A stretch of 64,000 bases of DNA from an uncultured delta proteobacterium (GCA_963716725.1 CAVQUB010000001.1:96001-160000), one strand, 5' to 3'. Counted from the first letter of the stretch, positions 20,867 to 31,866 are shown. Notes: a model not told the origin generated them from the letters alone. Numbers and translations are program-made.

Positions 20867-21171
20867 GCGGCGCGGCACGAAGCCTCGATCTGCTCGAGTG
20901 ACACTGCTTGCATTTTGCGGCGCTCGACGCACGCCTTCACGCATTCGTCGCCGGCGCCCGCCCTCGCAGTCCCTGCCGCCGGGCTCGGGGCTGATGGCGC
21001 GGGGCTCGGGGCCAAGGGCGCCGGGCTCGAGGCCGAAGGCGCCGGGCTTCCCGCGGGATCCTCGCGTGCCGGCTCGCGCGGCACGGGCTCCGCCGACGGC
21101 GCAGGCCCGGTGCTCGTTGTCGAGTTGCAGCCGAGCGCGAGCCAGAGAAATCCGAGAGCGATTGGACGCAC
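20851..21171 (-). CDS. Small Pro-rich lipoprotein
   Basis: VRPIALGFLWLALGC leader; CVKAC...CRAAC tail overlapping the DGC start. Confidence 0.7.
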   Translation of the reverse strand: MRPIALGFLWLALGCNSTTSTGPAPSAEPVPREPAREDPAGSPAPSASSPAPLAPSPAPSAPSPAAGTARAGAGDECVKACVERRKMQAVSLEQIEASCRAACQKN

Positions 21172-21325
21172 CGGATGAAACTGACGCGACCGCAAGCCGG
21201 GCGCAAGCGGGTCCACCCAGCACCGGCGCCATTGTCGGCATCTCAGAGAGCCGTTCAAGTCTTGTTCGGCCTTCATTTCCGGGCGATCACGGCTCGGATG
21301 CGAGTGGTAGCCTGTGGGTGGCAGA

Positions 21326-21769
21326 ATGTGGCCAAGAAGAACGCACCGGTTGCCAACTAGCCTGCTGGCGTTTGCTCTGGTGGCGTGTGGCATCGGCCAG
21401 CCGGTTGGGCCTTGCCCGAACCGCTTGGAGGTTTTTATTTTCGACGGCACGACGGGGCCCGCGGTCGACTTCGACCGCGTCCGGATCTGCTTCGGCGAGC
21501 AGTGCGTCGCCCTCAGCGGTGCGTGCAAGGTGGTCGAGGGCGCGGTCTCGAGGGTGGATTGCGGCGGCGGCACGCTTTGGCTCAACATCCCGGTCGAGGG
21601 GTACTTCGATGTCGTCACGCTCGCTGCGCTCGATGCCGACGGGAAGGTGATCTACACCGCCAAACAGGCTGGGTTCACAAAGACCAGGTCCGGCTGCGCG
21701 TTCACGGAAGCGAGGTTCATTCTCAACTACATCTCCGAAGGGCCGATGGGTGGCACTGGTGGCAGCTAG
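21326..21769 (+). CDS. Putative lipoprotein
   Basis: Lipobox LVAC, globular composition. Confidence 0.6.
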   Translation: MWPRRTHRLPTSLLAFALVACGIGQPVGPCPNRLEVFIFDGTTGPAVDFDRVRICFGEQCVALSGACKVVEGAVSRVDCGGGTLWLNIPVEGYFDVVTLAALDADGKVIYTAKQAGFTKTRSGCAFTEARFILNYISEGPMGGTGGS

Positions 21770-22310
21770 ACACACGCGCCCGCTCGGCGCTGCGGGGCTG
21801 GCCCTCGGGGTGGCGCTTGCAGCATGCTCCGGCGAGACGCAATCGGATCCCGCTTCCCTCCACGAGCTCTGCGCCCGCTTCTGCGCGGACTTCAAGTCGG
21901 GGGGGTGCGCCACGCTTGGAGATATGCACGCGGCAGTCGAGATCGTCGCACAACCCAACTGCGACGCCGATAGCTGCGAGGAGTTCGTCCTCAGCAACCC
22001 GCCCGAGTATCGCTCGCTCTACCTCTGCATTCTCAGCAAGCAGATCGACTGCGGTTTTGGCGAGCTTCCGAGCGTCAAAGGGTGCGACCAGGCCGCCATC
22101 GAGACCGCCGAGGCGATGAGCGAGTGCGAGCGGTTCCCTTCCCTCGCGCAGGGCGCGTGTCCGGACGAGCAGCCGGACCGCTACTACTGTAGCAGCCACT
22201 TCGATCCCGAGCTGGGATACAAGCCGCCGGAGTCGCCCGGCTGCAGCCACCTCGACGGCGGCGAGTACTGCTGCCGGCCCTGGTGGCAGTCGCTCCCTCC
22301 GCCCAAGTGA
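21750..22310 (+). CDS. Cys-rich lipoprotein
   Basis: Lipobox LAAC, many Cys. Confidence 0.7.
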   Translation: MALVAARHTRPLGAAGLALGVALAACSGETQSDPASLHELCARFCADFKSGGCATLGDMHAAVEIVAQPNCDADSCEEFVLSNPPEYRSLYLCILSKQIDCGFGELPSVKGCDQAAIETAEAMSECERFPSLAQGACPDEQPDRYYCSSHFDPELGYKPPESPGCSHLDGGEYCCRPWWQSLPPPK

Positions 22311-22474
22311 CACCCTGGGTCTTGAGCGCGGACGCTGCTGCCAGCCGCTAGGGCGCTCGTTCTTGGCGAGGTCCATCGCAACCTTGCGGAGCAGCGCGAT
22401 GTCTTCTGGCCCGTGCCTCAGCTCCAGCATTCTAGCCGTCCCAGACCCGCAGCGCCCGCCGCGCGCCGTTGAAC

Positions 22475-22777
22475 GCGGGACATCGCCGAAGTGGTGCGTC
22501 GGGTGCGCGAGGCCCTCAGCCCTTCGCCCCCATCAACCGCGCCGCCTCAATCGCGCCATTCGTAATTGTCCTGCCTCCCCCGGTCGTTGCTCGCGGCGCT
22601 TTGCGCGGCTGTGCCCCTCCGGGCATCACGAAGCGCGTCGCGCCGCCTGCCCCCTCCTTATCCGGCAAGCGCCGCCAGCGGTCGAGAGCGGTCGCCAGAA
22701 CAGGAGTTGCTCCGCGACTGCGTCGCCGACACGACCGCCGCCGGCGCTTGCGCGGGTGGAGGGGGCGAGTTGATCCG
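22475..22777 (+). repeat. Dispersed repeat family C; copies at 41709-41981, 60574-60752, 43683-43806
   Basis: ctcagcccttcgcccccatcaacc...attgtcctgcctcccc shared. Confidence 0.9.
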
Positions 22778-23518
22778 AGACTGGCTGCGCGTGCGCGGAC
22801 CGGAGACAGGGCAGCAGCAGCGTCAGCGCTGCGCTGCGGACAGCGCTGGGTGCGCGCGCACCGTGAAGCTCCTCGGCTCTCAGGATCCGTGCACCGGCGC
22901 CGCGTCCGGGCTGAGATTTCTCATGCTCGCTGTCTCATCCGCGTTGATAAATTCCGTCCTACGCGCCTCCGCATCCGCGACATGATCGCGCCGAAACCGG
23001 CTGCGAACATGACTCGAATATGAGGGCTCAGGGCGGCGCCACCGGCGTGAGCCCCGCCGGCCCGCACTGGCGACTGCCGCATCGCGCAGCCTGACACTGT
23101 TCGCGAGTCATCGTCGGGTGACACGGATCCTTGCCCCCGCCCCAACATGAGCACTGCTGGCCCTCGCCACAGTCGGCGAGCGGCCGCACTGGGCTCATCG
23201 AGCTCGCCAAACGCGAGCAGCGCGGTGGAGGACGGTCCGGCGGCGACGAGCTACAGCGCGTCGACCTGTCGATTCAGGGCATCGTCGCCGAGGACGCCCA
23301 TCACTTCGTCCCAGAGCTCGCCGGGCAGCGGCCGCTGCTGAACATCCTCGAGCGTCGACGCCGCGATGGCCGCGGACGGCCCCTGATCGAGCGTCGTCAC
23401 TCTGTGTTGGGAGGGATCTCCGGCTCCACCAGCACCACGTGAAAGGGCTGCTTGGCGGTCCGCCCCCGCAGGCGTGACGAGTCGGACGAGGCCATTCGTG
23501 GTTGCCTGGCTTTTCGCC

Positions 23519-24376
23519 TCAGAAGTGACCCGTGACTCGAAGCTGAGGCATGCCGGCCCGAGCGCCGGACGAGAGCGCGATCGTGCCCGAGTCGTCCTGC
23601 TGCCAGATAACCATGGCTCCACTCAGGGCGACCGCCCCAACGGCCGCAGAGATCCCACCTGCCCACCACAGCGTCCGAATGCCGTCCACGTCGTCCTCAG
23701 AACACGTCGGCTTGCAGGAATCGTCCAGCTCTGCACGCTTGGCGTGTCCGACGACACCGAGCGCGCCGCCGGTGACTAGACCAGCCAATCCCACGGCCCC
23801 CAGGATGTACGCTGCGCTGGGGATCCCAGCATGAGTCTCGGCCTTGGCTGCCGGCGCTCTCACAGGGTGTTCGGCAGGACGTCGTTTGGGCTGACCAAAC
23901 GCCACAGGCAGTTTGTGAGTCGCACGCCCGGGCGCCAGCTGGACAGTGCGGCGCAACGGATCGCTTCCGCTCAGCTCGAAGGTCAACTCATGCTCGCCCG
24001 GATCAAGCTCGATCAAGTCGCCGACATGTGCTGCCAACAGCCGACCTGCTTCAGTGACACGCACCTCCCGAGTGGGTTTGCCCTCGGCATCGAGTGCGGA
24101 GACCCGCAGTCGTGGGATGAGTGCTTCTACCTCCGCCCGCCAGCGATCGCAGTCCTGGACCAGGGCATCTGGACAGCTACTCTGACAGGTGAGGAGCTGA
24201 GCCCGTGCGACCATTAGCTTTCCCGCTGCCCGTTGGCGCTGGGCTTCTTCGTAGGCGCCGGCGCACAGCCCCTTGTCGCTGGCTAGCGCCGGAGAGGCAG
24301 CGAGCCAGAGCGCTCCCATGATCACAATGCTGAGAGCGCTCCGGACGATTCGTGCGCTCGCAGCTGCGGTCACCAT
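23519..24376 (-). CDS. Secreted Cys-helical (TPR-like) + PEGA-like protein
   Basis: Signal peptide, CAGAYEEAQRQRAAGKL..CP..DCDRW, LDPGEHELTF, CKPTC, terminal GHF. Confidence 0.8.
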   Translation of the reverse strand: MVTAAASARIVRSALSIVIMGALWLAASPALASDKGLCAGAYEEAQRQRAAGKLMVARAQLLTCQSSCPDALVQDCDRWRAEVEALIPRLRVSALDAEGKPTREVRVTEAGRLLAAHVGDLIELDPGEHELTFELSGSDPLRRTVQLAPGRATHKLPVAFGQPKRRPAEHPVRAPAAKAETHAGIPSAAYILGAVGLAGLVTGGALGVVGHAKRAELDDSCKPTCSEDDVDGIRTLWWAGGISAAVGAVALSGAMVIWQQDDSGTIALSSGARAGMPQLRVTGHF

Positions 24377-24425
24377 CCTTCAAATCATGCCAGCCCCAGT
24401 GAGCCGCCACAACACTTCGCGTCGG

Positions 24426-24472
24426 TGACAGCTGTCAACCGTGGGGAGACAGCTGTCGCCCCGGGGGTGATA
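24426..24472. promoter_or_regulatory. Two GACAGCTGTC palindromes 21 bp apart; candidate upstream activating sequence
   Basis: tgacagctgtca and agacagctgtcg about 80-125 bp upstream of the predicted sigma54 start. Confidence 0.6.
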
Positions 24473-24523
24473 CGCGCAGGGACGCACGCATTCGTCCGCG
24501 CTGGTCCAACGACGGGTCCGTTG

Positions 24524-24539
24524 AGGCACGAACCTTGCG
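24524..24539 (+). promoter_or_regulatory. sigma54 -24/-12 promoter
   Basis: AGGCACGAACCTTGCG fits GGCAC-N5-TTGC. Confidence 0.75.
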
Positions 24540-24551
24540 AAGGCGAACGGC

Positions 24552-26042
24552 ATGAGAACGACCACACTGCGATGGGGCGCACTCGGCGTGTTGTTGAGCG
24601 CATGCAGCTTGGGGTCCGTTGGCGAAGAGAATCACGCCGGCGCCGCAGACGCTGGAGCGGCGGGGGCAGGTGGGTCGTCAGGCACGGGTGGCAGCGCCAA
24701 CACAGGCGGTGGGGAGACAGGTGGAGCCGCGGGCGCCGGCGGGAGCGCAGGCGCGTCAGGTGGAGCTGCGGGAACCGGCGGGAGCGCAGGCGCGCCAGGT
24801 GGAGCCGCGGGCGCCGGCGGGAGCGCAGGCGCGTCAGGTGGAGCCGCGGGCGCCGGCGGGAGCGCAGGCGCGTCAGGTGGAGCCGCGGGAACCGGCGGAG
24901 ACGCAGGCGTCGTCGTGACGTCGACAATCTCGGCAACGGCAGTGTCGAGCAGTGCCATTCAGGTGACCGTGAAGCTGAACAAGGCCGCACCTTGCTTGGT
25001 GCAATTCCGTCCCCAAGGCACGAGCACTTGGAGCGACAAACTCCCTTCCGAGAACAGCAGCATTCACGGCGTCAACCCGCCGCACGTGCAGACCGTCTCC
25101 GGACTGTCTCCGGGTGCCTGGGAAGTGCGAGCTCTCGATCATTTGGCGGGCAGCTACACGACGAAAACGTTGGTGGTCAACTTGTCCAACGTGGTTGGCG
25201 GGCTCTCCAAGCAGGGCCTTACGTTCACTACCATTCCGAGCGGTGTAGCCTATGGAGCATGGAGCACCCAACGCTGGACCACGATGTTTGGCAACGTTGC
25301 GCCCAACTACGGCGGCGGAATGGGCCAGGTGAAAACGCAGGTGCTGGACGGCACACTCGCCATAATCCATCGCGTCACACCCACCGCACCACCCGGGACG
25401 AGCCCGGCGCTTCCAAAGAACGGCTCGGACCGCGTCGACGGAGCCTGGAACTTGCCCGCGCAGCCACAAAAACGCTTCGCGCTGATGCAATCGGTTCGGC
25501 TACCCAACGACTTTGCTGCGGGTTGGAAAGAGCAATCGGGCAAGCTGGGCTGGGGGCTCGGTGGAGGTTCCGTGCCCTCGGGTGGCAAGCCGCTCAAGGA
25601 TGGCTTCTCGGCGCGGTTGTCTTTTCGGGGCAACAAAGCCCAGCCGGACACGTCGTCCGTCGTGTATCCAATTCTCTATGTCTACTCAGCGGATTGGCCA
25701 GGACAGTACGGTGAGGACGTCCACTTCGTCGACCCGGCGACGACGAAGGACTTCGAGCTGAAGCGCGGAACCTGGGTCGAATTCGCGTGGGAGGTAGTGA
25801 TGAACAGCGCGCCCGGAAAGAGCGACGGTTCGCTGCGCGGCTGGGTCAATGGCGTGCTGATGATCGAGCGGAAGAACAAGCAGTGGTTCTCCCAGTTGGC
25901 TTCTGGTGATGCCGCTCCGCATGTCGACCGCATCATCTTGTCTACCTTTCATGGCGGCGCGACCAGTGACTGGGCGCCGTCACACGCCAACGAGATTGCC
26001 TTCTCCGGCCTGCACTTCGGTGTCCCCAACCCGCCCTGGTGA
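24552..26042 (+). CDS. Gly-linker lipoprotein with PL14-like polysaccharide lyase domain
   Basis: Lipobox LSAC; SGKLGWGLGGG, GFSARLSFR, YVY, MNSAPGKSDG, STFHGG..WAP. Confidence 0.75.
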   Translation: MRTTTLRWGALGVLLSACSLGSVGEENHAGAADAGAAGAGGSSGTGGSANTGGGETGGAAGAGGSAGASGGAAGTGGSAGAPGGAAGAGGSAGASGGAAGAGGSAGASGGAAGTGGDAGVVVTSTISATAVSSSAIQVTVKLNKAAPCLVQFRPQGTSTWSDKLPSENSSIHGVNPPHVQTVSGLSPGAWEVRALDHLAGSYTTKTLVVNLSNVVGGLSKQGLTFTTIPSGVAYGAWSTQRWTTMFGNVAPNYGGGMGQVKTQVLDGTLAIIHRVTPTAPPGTSPALPKNGSDRVDGAWNLPAQPQKRFALMQSVRLPNDFAAGWKEQSGKLGWGLGGGSVPSGGKPLKDGFSARLSFRGNKAQPDTSSVVYPILYVYSADWPGQYGEDVHFVDPATTKDFELKRGTWVEFAWEVVMNSAPGKSDGSLRGWVNGVLMIERKNKQWFSQLASGDAAPHVDRIILSTFHGGATSDWAPSHANEIAFSGLHFGVPNPPW

Positions 26043-26101
26043 AGTGCAAAGCAACGCCCTAGCTCGCTTGCCACAAACAAACGCATACGACTGGAATCCA
26101 G

Positions 26102-27487
26102 ATGAGCCTTCGCATCACCAACTTCGAGACACTCGCGCTGCTTGCGACGCTAACTTGCATGGGCTGCGGCGCGGAATCAGATAGCACAGGAAGCGCTGCG
26201 GGCGGTCAGGGGTCCGGCGCGGGCGCTTCCGGCCAGAGCGGCGACGGTGGTGTTGGTAGCGGCGGCTCTCCCTCTGGTGGAATGGGAGGAAGCGGTGGCG
26301 CCGGTACGGGCGGGGCTGCGACTGGCGGAGCGAGCGGCGGCGGCGGGACACCTGCGCCGCCCCAGGTAAGCAGCGATCTAAAGAGCAAGTATGACTTTGC
26401 ACTGATCTTCGACGCGGACTTCTCGCAAACTGCGACTCTCGGAGCCGGAGCGCTGTGGCGTCGCGAAAACATGTCCGCGAGCCACAACTCCAACCAGCAC
26501 AAACACGCTGACGGCCGCCGGCACGCAGCTTGGTACGACCAGTATCAGGAACAGACCGCGTTCTTCCGGGATGGCTATCTAGTCCAAGCGGGCCACGTCG
26601 CGGACGCGAGCCTGTCAGGATTTCAAAGTCGCGACTCCGGCAACGCCCCGCGAAACCATTCCTATGCTGATCCCGATCCGCGGGACGATGGGAAAGGCAC
26701 GGTCAACTTCGCCGATTTCGAGCTCCACACCTCGTGGTTCGACACCTTTGCGTTGAAGTGGTCCCAGGGAAAGAGCGTGCCTGTTCTACCCACGGACAAG
26801 TTGCTGCCGAAAGAACAGTACACCGGGGCACCGGGCACGACGGACACACCCTCCCCGAACATTACCTTCTTGCCGGGAAGCTACTTTGAAATCGAGGTGA
26901 GCTTCGAAGGCATGAAAGCCTTGTCGCATCGCCACTCGCTTTGGTTGATGCCGGCGACGCCGGAAAACCAAGCCTACGACTCAGATTCGAGCAACGGAGT
27001 GGAGATCGACATTTACGAGCACGAGCTGGTGGAGGACGGTGAGCTTTCTCTATCAGAAAACGAGATGTTGCTCATGAAGTCGATTGGCGGCTCGACCAGC
27101 CCGCCAGTCACCAAGAACGAGCTGAAGGGCGATGGGGCTACGAACATCCGGGTGAAGGGCATCAACTCGGGGTGGCACAAGATCGGCTTGCTGTGGACGA
27201 AGGGTGAAGTGATTTGGCTGGTGGACGGCGAAGAGCTCGTCCGCGATTCCCAGCTGGTGCCACAAGTTCCAATGTATTTGCTGCTCACTCGCGAGGCGAA
27301 TACCGGCGCCGTCGACCCGAGCACTGCGGGCCCCCAAGAGCTCAAATCCATGGGTGCCGCGATCCCGCTCGACCCTGGCTTGTTCGGGCGCAACGTAGCG
27401 ACTCCGGACAACCGAGCACTGGTCAAAGCAGGCAGCGACGAAGTTCGCGTTCGCTACGTCCGAGCCTGGCGTGCCAGCGCCAAGTGA
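26102..27487 (+). CDS. Gly-linker lipoprotein with GH16-like glycoside hydrolase domain
   Basis: Leader ending CMGC; SLWLMP, catalytic EIDIYE, WHKIGLLWT..WLVDG, VRYVRAW. Confidence 0.8.
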   Translation: MSLRITNFETLALLATLTCMGCGAESDSTGSAAGGQGSGAGASGQSGDGGVGSGGSPSGGMGGSGGAGTGGAATGGASGGGGTPAPPQVSSDLKSKYDFALIFDADFSQTATLGAGALWRRENMSASHNSNQHKHADGRRHAAWYDQYQEQTAFFRDGYLVQAGHVADASLSGFQSRDSGNAPRNHSYADPDPRDDGKGTVNFADFELHTSWFDTFALKWSQGKSVPVLPTDKLLPKEQYTGAPGTTDTPSPNITFLPGSYFEIEVSFEGMKALSHRHSLWLMPATPENQAYDSDSSNGVEIDIYEHELVEDGELSLSENEMLLMKSIGGSTSPPVTKNELKGDGATNIRVKGINSGWHKIGLLWTKGEVIWLVDGEELVRDSQLVPQVPMYLLLTREANTGAVDPSTAGPQELKSMGAAIPLDPGLFGRNVATPDNRALVKAGSDEVRVRYVRAWRASAK

Positions 27488-27553
27488 GCTCATCGCCTGA
27501 TCGGGAACCAAATCGGGTCGGTGAATCCGTGGGCATTGCGGTGGTCCCGGCGC

Positions 27554-29176
27554 TCACAAGCATTCGCGTTTGACCTGTCGGAATCCACCTTTGTCCTCGA
27601 TCCACGGGGGATCACAGTTAGCGGTCTTGGGTCGCCCGGGCCGTTTCGGCGTGGGCGCGAGTCGCGGCTTTGAGCTTGGCGCGGCGGAGGCGGAAGACGC
27701 CGCGCTGTCGGGCGGTGGCGCCGCGCTATTCGGGGCCGTTGGCGATGCGGCGACGGCTTCGGCCGGTGTGGCGACGGTTGCGGCCGCCGTCGACTTCGCG
27801 CCCGGCTGCGGCTCGGCTTCCGTCGAAGGGGTCTCAGGTGCGTCGCGCACGAACTGCATCGCAAGCGCGAGCACCAGGAGTGCCAGCGCAGCCAGGCCGC
27901 CCGCCAACACCCGGCGGCTTCGAGCACGTGTTGGCGCGGGAGCTCCCAGAGCCACCCCATTCGGCGCCGCCGGTCTGACCACGCCGACTTCGAGGGTGGC
28001 GGTGCCAGCTCCCGCCGGTCGGCCCCGGGGCGACGGCGGAGGTCGGGGTGGTGGCGCGTCGGCGGTTGCGTGAACGGACAAGGTCGGTACGTGTCGAGCG
28101 GCAAGCGGAGCGTTCGGGGCGACCCGCGGCGAAGCTCCACTCGGCGGCGGCGTGGCGCCTGGCGCGCCGGGGGCAACGCCACCTCGGACGTAGCGTGCGC
28201 TGCTGCGCTCAATCGCGCGCACTTTCTCAGCGCGTCGGTCCAGTTCATCGCCCACGAGCGCCCGCATCCAGTCCGCGACTTCCCGCGCGGAAGCGGGTGT
28301 CACGGCGCACTCCAGCGCAATGGCCATGTCGCGCGCTGAAGCAAAGCGGTTGGTCGGGTCTTTGGCGAGGCCCTGAAGCACCACGGCATCGAGTTGGGCA
28401 GGAATACTCGACACCAGCTGACTCGGCGCCGGTACCGCTTCATGCAGGATCTTGGAAACAATGCCCGCTTCACTCTTTGCTGCGTGCAAACGCCGAGCGG
28501 TCAGGGTCTCCCACAGCACGACGGACGCCGAGTAGATGTCGGCTTGAGCCGTGACTTCGCGATCCTGCAACTGCTCAGGCGGCATGTAGCGGAGCTTGCC
28601 CTTCAGTTGACCGTCCCGGGTGCTCTGCAAACGCACGGTGGCTTTTGCGATGCCAAAGTCGACCACGCGGGCCACCCCGTCTGCGCCCACCAGGATGTTG
28701 TCGGGAGAAACGTCGCGGTGAATGATGTGCAGCGCCGCGCCGTTTTCATCGGTGGCCTCGTGAGCCGCATGCAAACCGAATAGCGTGTCCGTCGCGGCGC
28801 GTACGGCAATCGTCTTCGGTACGCGAGTTCCCGCGGCCTTCGCCGCCTTGAGCAGTTCCGCTAGTGTTGCCCCCAATACGTACTCCATCACCAAGAACAA
28901 CTCGTCGTCGGAAGCAACCACATCTTCCGGAGCGACGACGTTCGGGTGACGGATTCTCGACGCCAGCCTAGCCTCGTCCACCAACATCGCGACGAACTCA
29001 GGATCCCGGGCGAAGTGAGGGTGCAGGCGCTTGATGGCGACTGCACGTGCAAACCCGGCGGCGCCGGACAGCACGCCCAGATGGATGACTGACATGCCTC
29101 CCGACGCCAACTCGTCAAAGAGGAGGTAGCGACCCAACTCGGTGCCGACGACCTCGGGCGTACTCACAAGACCCAT
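27554..29176 (-). CDS. Membrane Hanks-type Ser/Thr protein kinase
   Basis: GGMS, VAIKRL, HRDVSPDN, DFGIAK, YMPPEQ; TM; C-terminal CDPPWIEDKGGFRQVKRECL. Confidence 0.95.
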   Translation of the reverse strand: MGLVSTPEVVGTELGRYLLFDELASGGMSVIHLGVLSGAAGFARAVAIKRLHPHFARDPEFVAMLVDEARLASRIRHPNVVAPEDVVASDDELFLVMEYVLGATLAELLKAAKAAGTRVPKTIAVRAATDTLFGLHAAHEATDENGAALHIIHRDVSPDNILVGADGVARVVDFGIAKATVRLQSTRDGQLKGKLRYMPPEQLQDREVTAQADIYSASVVLWETLTARRLHAAKSEAGIVSKILHEAVPAPSQLVSSIPAQLDAVVLQGLAKDPTNRFASARDMAIALECAVTPASAREVADWMRALVGDELDRRAEKVRAIERSSARYVRGGVAPGAPGATPPPSGASPRVAPNAPLAARHVPTLSVHATADAPPPRPPPSPRGRPAGAGTATLEVGVVRPAAPNGVALGAPAPTRARSRRVLAGGLAALALLVLALAMQFVRDAPETPSTEAEPQPGAKSTAAATVATPAEAVAASPTAPNSAAPPPDSAASSASAAPSSKPRLAPTPKRPGRPKTANCDPPWIEDKGGFRQVKRECL

Positions 29177-29300
29177 GAAGCTTCTTGACGGTGAGCATGC
29201 CCGGTAGCGGACGCGTCGGCCAGGGGTGCCAGACTAGCCCACGCGATTGCCGCCCGGGTTGACAGCGCCCTGCGCGTAGCGAAGAAGGAGCAGACTCAGA

Positions 29301-30623
29301 ATGAGCAACAGTGCAAACGCTGCCACGCAAACGACCATCTACCGGGACCGCGTGGAGATGCCGGAACTCGAGCTCGAGGTCACGCAGCCGGATGGTGTGT
29401 CCCAGGGGCATCGCCTGGGATTGGAGGCCCTTGTGATCGGGTCTGGGTCCGACGCAGACGTCGTACTGGTGGACGATTCCGTGTCGCGCAAACACTGCGA
29501 ACTGAGGATGAGCTCCCGGGGGGTCGAGGTGTCGGATCTCGACAGCAAGAACGGCACCTTCGTCAATGCAGTGCGCGTGGGGCGCGCTCTGCTCGAACCC
29601 GGCCAGATTTTGCAGGTCGGGAGAAGTCGGCTCACTCTGACTGCGCGTGCGGGCCGGGTCAGCATGCCCCTGACCATGGACTCGCAGTTCGGAGAAGCGT
29701 CCGGCGTGTCGGTTGTCATGCGGGCAATGTTCGCGCGCTTGGTGCGAGCGGCAGCCAGCGAGGAAACCGTGCTCTTGCTCGGGGAGTCGGGTACTGGCAA
29801 GGAACTGCTCGCGCGTGCCATCCACGAACGCAGCAAGCGCAGTGCCGGTCCTTTTGTCGTGCTCGACTGTAGTGCACTCGCGCCGACTTTGGTTGAAACG
29901 GAGCTTTTTGGACACGCGCGCGGCGCATTCACCGGAGCACTTCAAGTTCGCGAAGGCGTATTCGAGCAGGCCGGTGGTGGCACGGTGTTCATCGACGAGA
30001 TCGGTGAACTGCCCATGGACTTGCAGCCCAAAATGCTTCGGGCGCTGGAGTCCCGAGAGATACGACGCTTGGGGGAAAACGCGGTGCGCCCCATCGATGT
30101 TCGCGTTATCGCTGCAACACACCGGGATATCCGCGGGCGCGCCGTCAGCGGAGAGTTCCGGCAGGACCTGTACTATCGGCTCGCGGTGGTCGAGGCTGCG
30201 GTGCCTCCCCTGCGCGAGCGCAAAGACGACATTCCCATGCTCGTCGAGCGGTTCCTAGGCGAGCGCAAGCCACCGATGACGCTGCGCGATCTTCCACCAA
30301 ACACCCTGGCGCTGCTGTCGGCCCATGACTGGCCCGGGAATGTTCGCGAATTGCGTAACACGATCGCGCGGCTCGTCCTGTTTCCGGAAGCACCCGAAGC
30401 CGCCATTGCTTCGCTTCCACGGCAAGGTGATGCGACGGCTGCGCTCTTTTCACTGACCCTGGGCGATGCGCGGAGCGAAGTCGTCGCGCAGTTCGAGCAG
30501 AGCTATTTGGAGCGCAAGCTAGCCGAGCACGCCGGCAACGTGACCCACGCTGCCGAGTCCGCGGGTGTCTCGCGGCAGTTCTTTCATCGGCTGATTTCGC
30601 GGCACGGCATCGACCGCGAGTGA
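29301..30623 (+). CDS. FHA-domain sigma54 enhancer-binding protein
   Basis: [44 protein letters not shown]. Confidence 0.95.
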   Translation: MSNSANAATQTTIYRDRVEMPELELEVTQPDGVSQGHRLGLEALVIGSGSDADVVLVDDSVSRKHCELRMSSRGVEVSDLDSKNGTFVNAVRVGRALLEPGQILQVGRSRLTLTARAGRVSMPLTMDSQFGEASGVSVVMRAMFARLVRAAASEETVLLLGESGTGKELLARAIHERSKRSAGPFVVLDCSALAPTLVETELFGHARGAFTGALQVREGVFEQAGGGTVFIDEIGELPMDLQPKMLRALESREIRRLGENAVRPIDVRVIAATHRDIRGRAVSGEFRQDLYYRLAVVEAAVPPLRERKDDIPMLVERFLGERKPPMTLRDLPPNTLALLSAHDWPGNVRELRNTIARLVLFPEAPEAAIASLPRQGDATAALFSLTLGDARSEVVAQFEQSYLERKLAEHAGNVTHAAESAGVSRQFFHRLISRHGIDRE

Positions 30624-30701
30624 GCAGCACCGCGACCCACAAGTCCGAACCAACACGTTGCGCAGATGGCGCTGTGCAATCCCGCGGCCGCAGGCGCAGG
30701 C

Positions 30702-31532
30702 TTACAGGTTGAAGTTGTCCACTACGGAGCTACCCGACACAGCTAGCGAGGAGTAGGCGTACACTTTCACTCGCGCGTAGTTGAACTTCGCGGGCGTGGC
30801 TTCGCTGCGGATGGTTTTCCATGTGAGCCCGTCGCTCGATCCGAGGATGGTGGTGATCCCTGCGTGACTCGAGATCCGCCACCAGCGAAACTTGCTCTCA
30901 TCGAGTCCTGACGCGACCGTCTTGCCGCCTACATTCGTCTGCAAGTTGTCTTTGATTAGGTTGATCTCGACGCTGTCACTTCCAGTGGAATCTTGCGGGA
31001 TGACCACTAGATTCGTCGATACCGACGCGTTCGAGACGGGAGAAACGACCTGAAGTGAGACATAGCAGTCGGTTAGGTCCTTCAGTTTGGTTTGAAACCC
31101 CGACTCCCCAGCGGTGGCTGGCAACTGCATCGAGAGCACGCCGTTCTTCTCGATCAGCGCCCCGGTGCCGACCTTCGTCAACGCAGGGTCGAGGACTCCG
31201 TTTTCGAAGTCGTCCGAACCCACGTTGCAGGGAGAAATCGATACACCCGCGTCACCGTCGGAGTCCGCTTCGACGTCAACGTCCCCAGCATCGCTCGCGT
31301 CCAATCCGCCCGTGCCTCCGCCATCTACGCCCCCAATGCCGCCGGACGCGCCCACGCCGCCGGACGCGCCCACGCCGCCGGACGCGCTCACGCCGCCGGA
31401 CGCGCCGACTCCGCTGGCCCCGCCAGAGACAGCGCCGCCGAGCGACGGTCCCGCGTCAAGTTCGGGTTTACCCTCGCTCAGGTAGGAGAGGTTGCAACCA
31501 ACCAGGATGAGGCAGCCCACGACGCTTCGCAC
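30702..31532 (-). CDS. Gly-linker lipoprotein with beta-sandwich-like domain (start uncertain)
   Basis: Lipobox LVGC, Gly linker, SDDFENG..., SSDGLTW, VDNFNL end. Confidence 0.7.
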   Translation of the reverse strand: MRSVVGCLILVGCNLSYLSEGKPELDAGPSLGGAVSGGASGVGASGGVSASGGVGASGGVGASGGIGGVDGGGTGGLDASDAGDVDVEADSDGDAGVSISPCNVGSDDFENGVLDPALTKVGTGALIEKNGVLSMQLPATAGESGFQTKLKDLTDCYVSLQVVSPVSNASVSTNLVVIPQDSTGSDSVEINLIKDNLQTNVGGKTVASGLDESKFRWWRISSHAGITTILGSSDGLTWKTIRSEATPAKFNYARVKVYAYSSLAVSGSSVVDNFNL

Positions 31533-31866
31533 TGTTGGCGCAAGGTTAGCACAATCGCCGCCATGGCTTCGCCGCACCGAAGGCAACAGGAAGCACCCCA
31601 ACTCGTTCGCGCCGCCCGCCGTCCCGGTGCCGTGACGTACGCGGGTGGACAGGTGATATCGTAGCGAACAGGGTTTGCCGCAGTGCCTTCGACGCGGCTG
31701 CAAGAGATCCTCCTGCGTTGTCTATGGAGCGCAGCATGATGTTGTTCGGTTCCCGGCGGGGTCGCAGCTGTCGACTGACGTTGACGGCGTGAACCAGGGG
31801 ACGACACTGCGTCAACTCCCGGGTGTCACCCGGGGGGGACAGTCCCTTGCCCGCGGCGATCCGTCC

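Noticed and set aside
23010..23440. Possible degraded minus-strand gene
   Set aside because: Coding-like but interrupted by a stop and not assignable to any family
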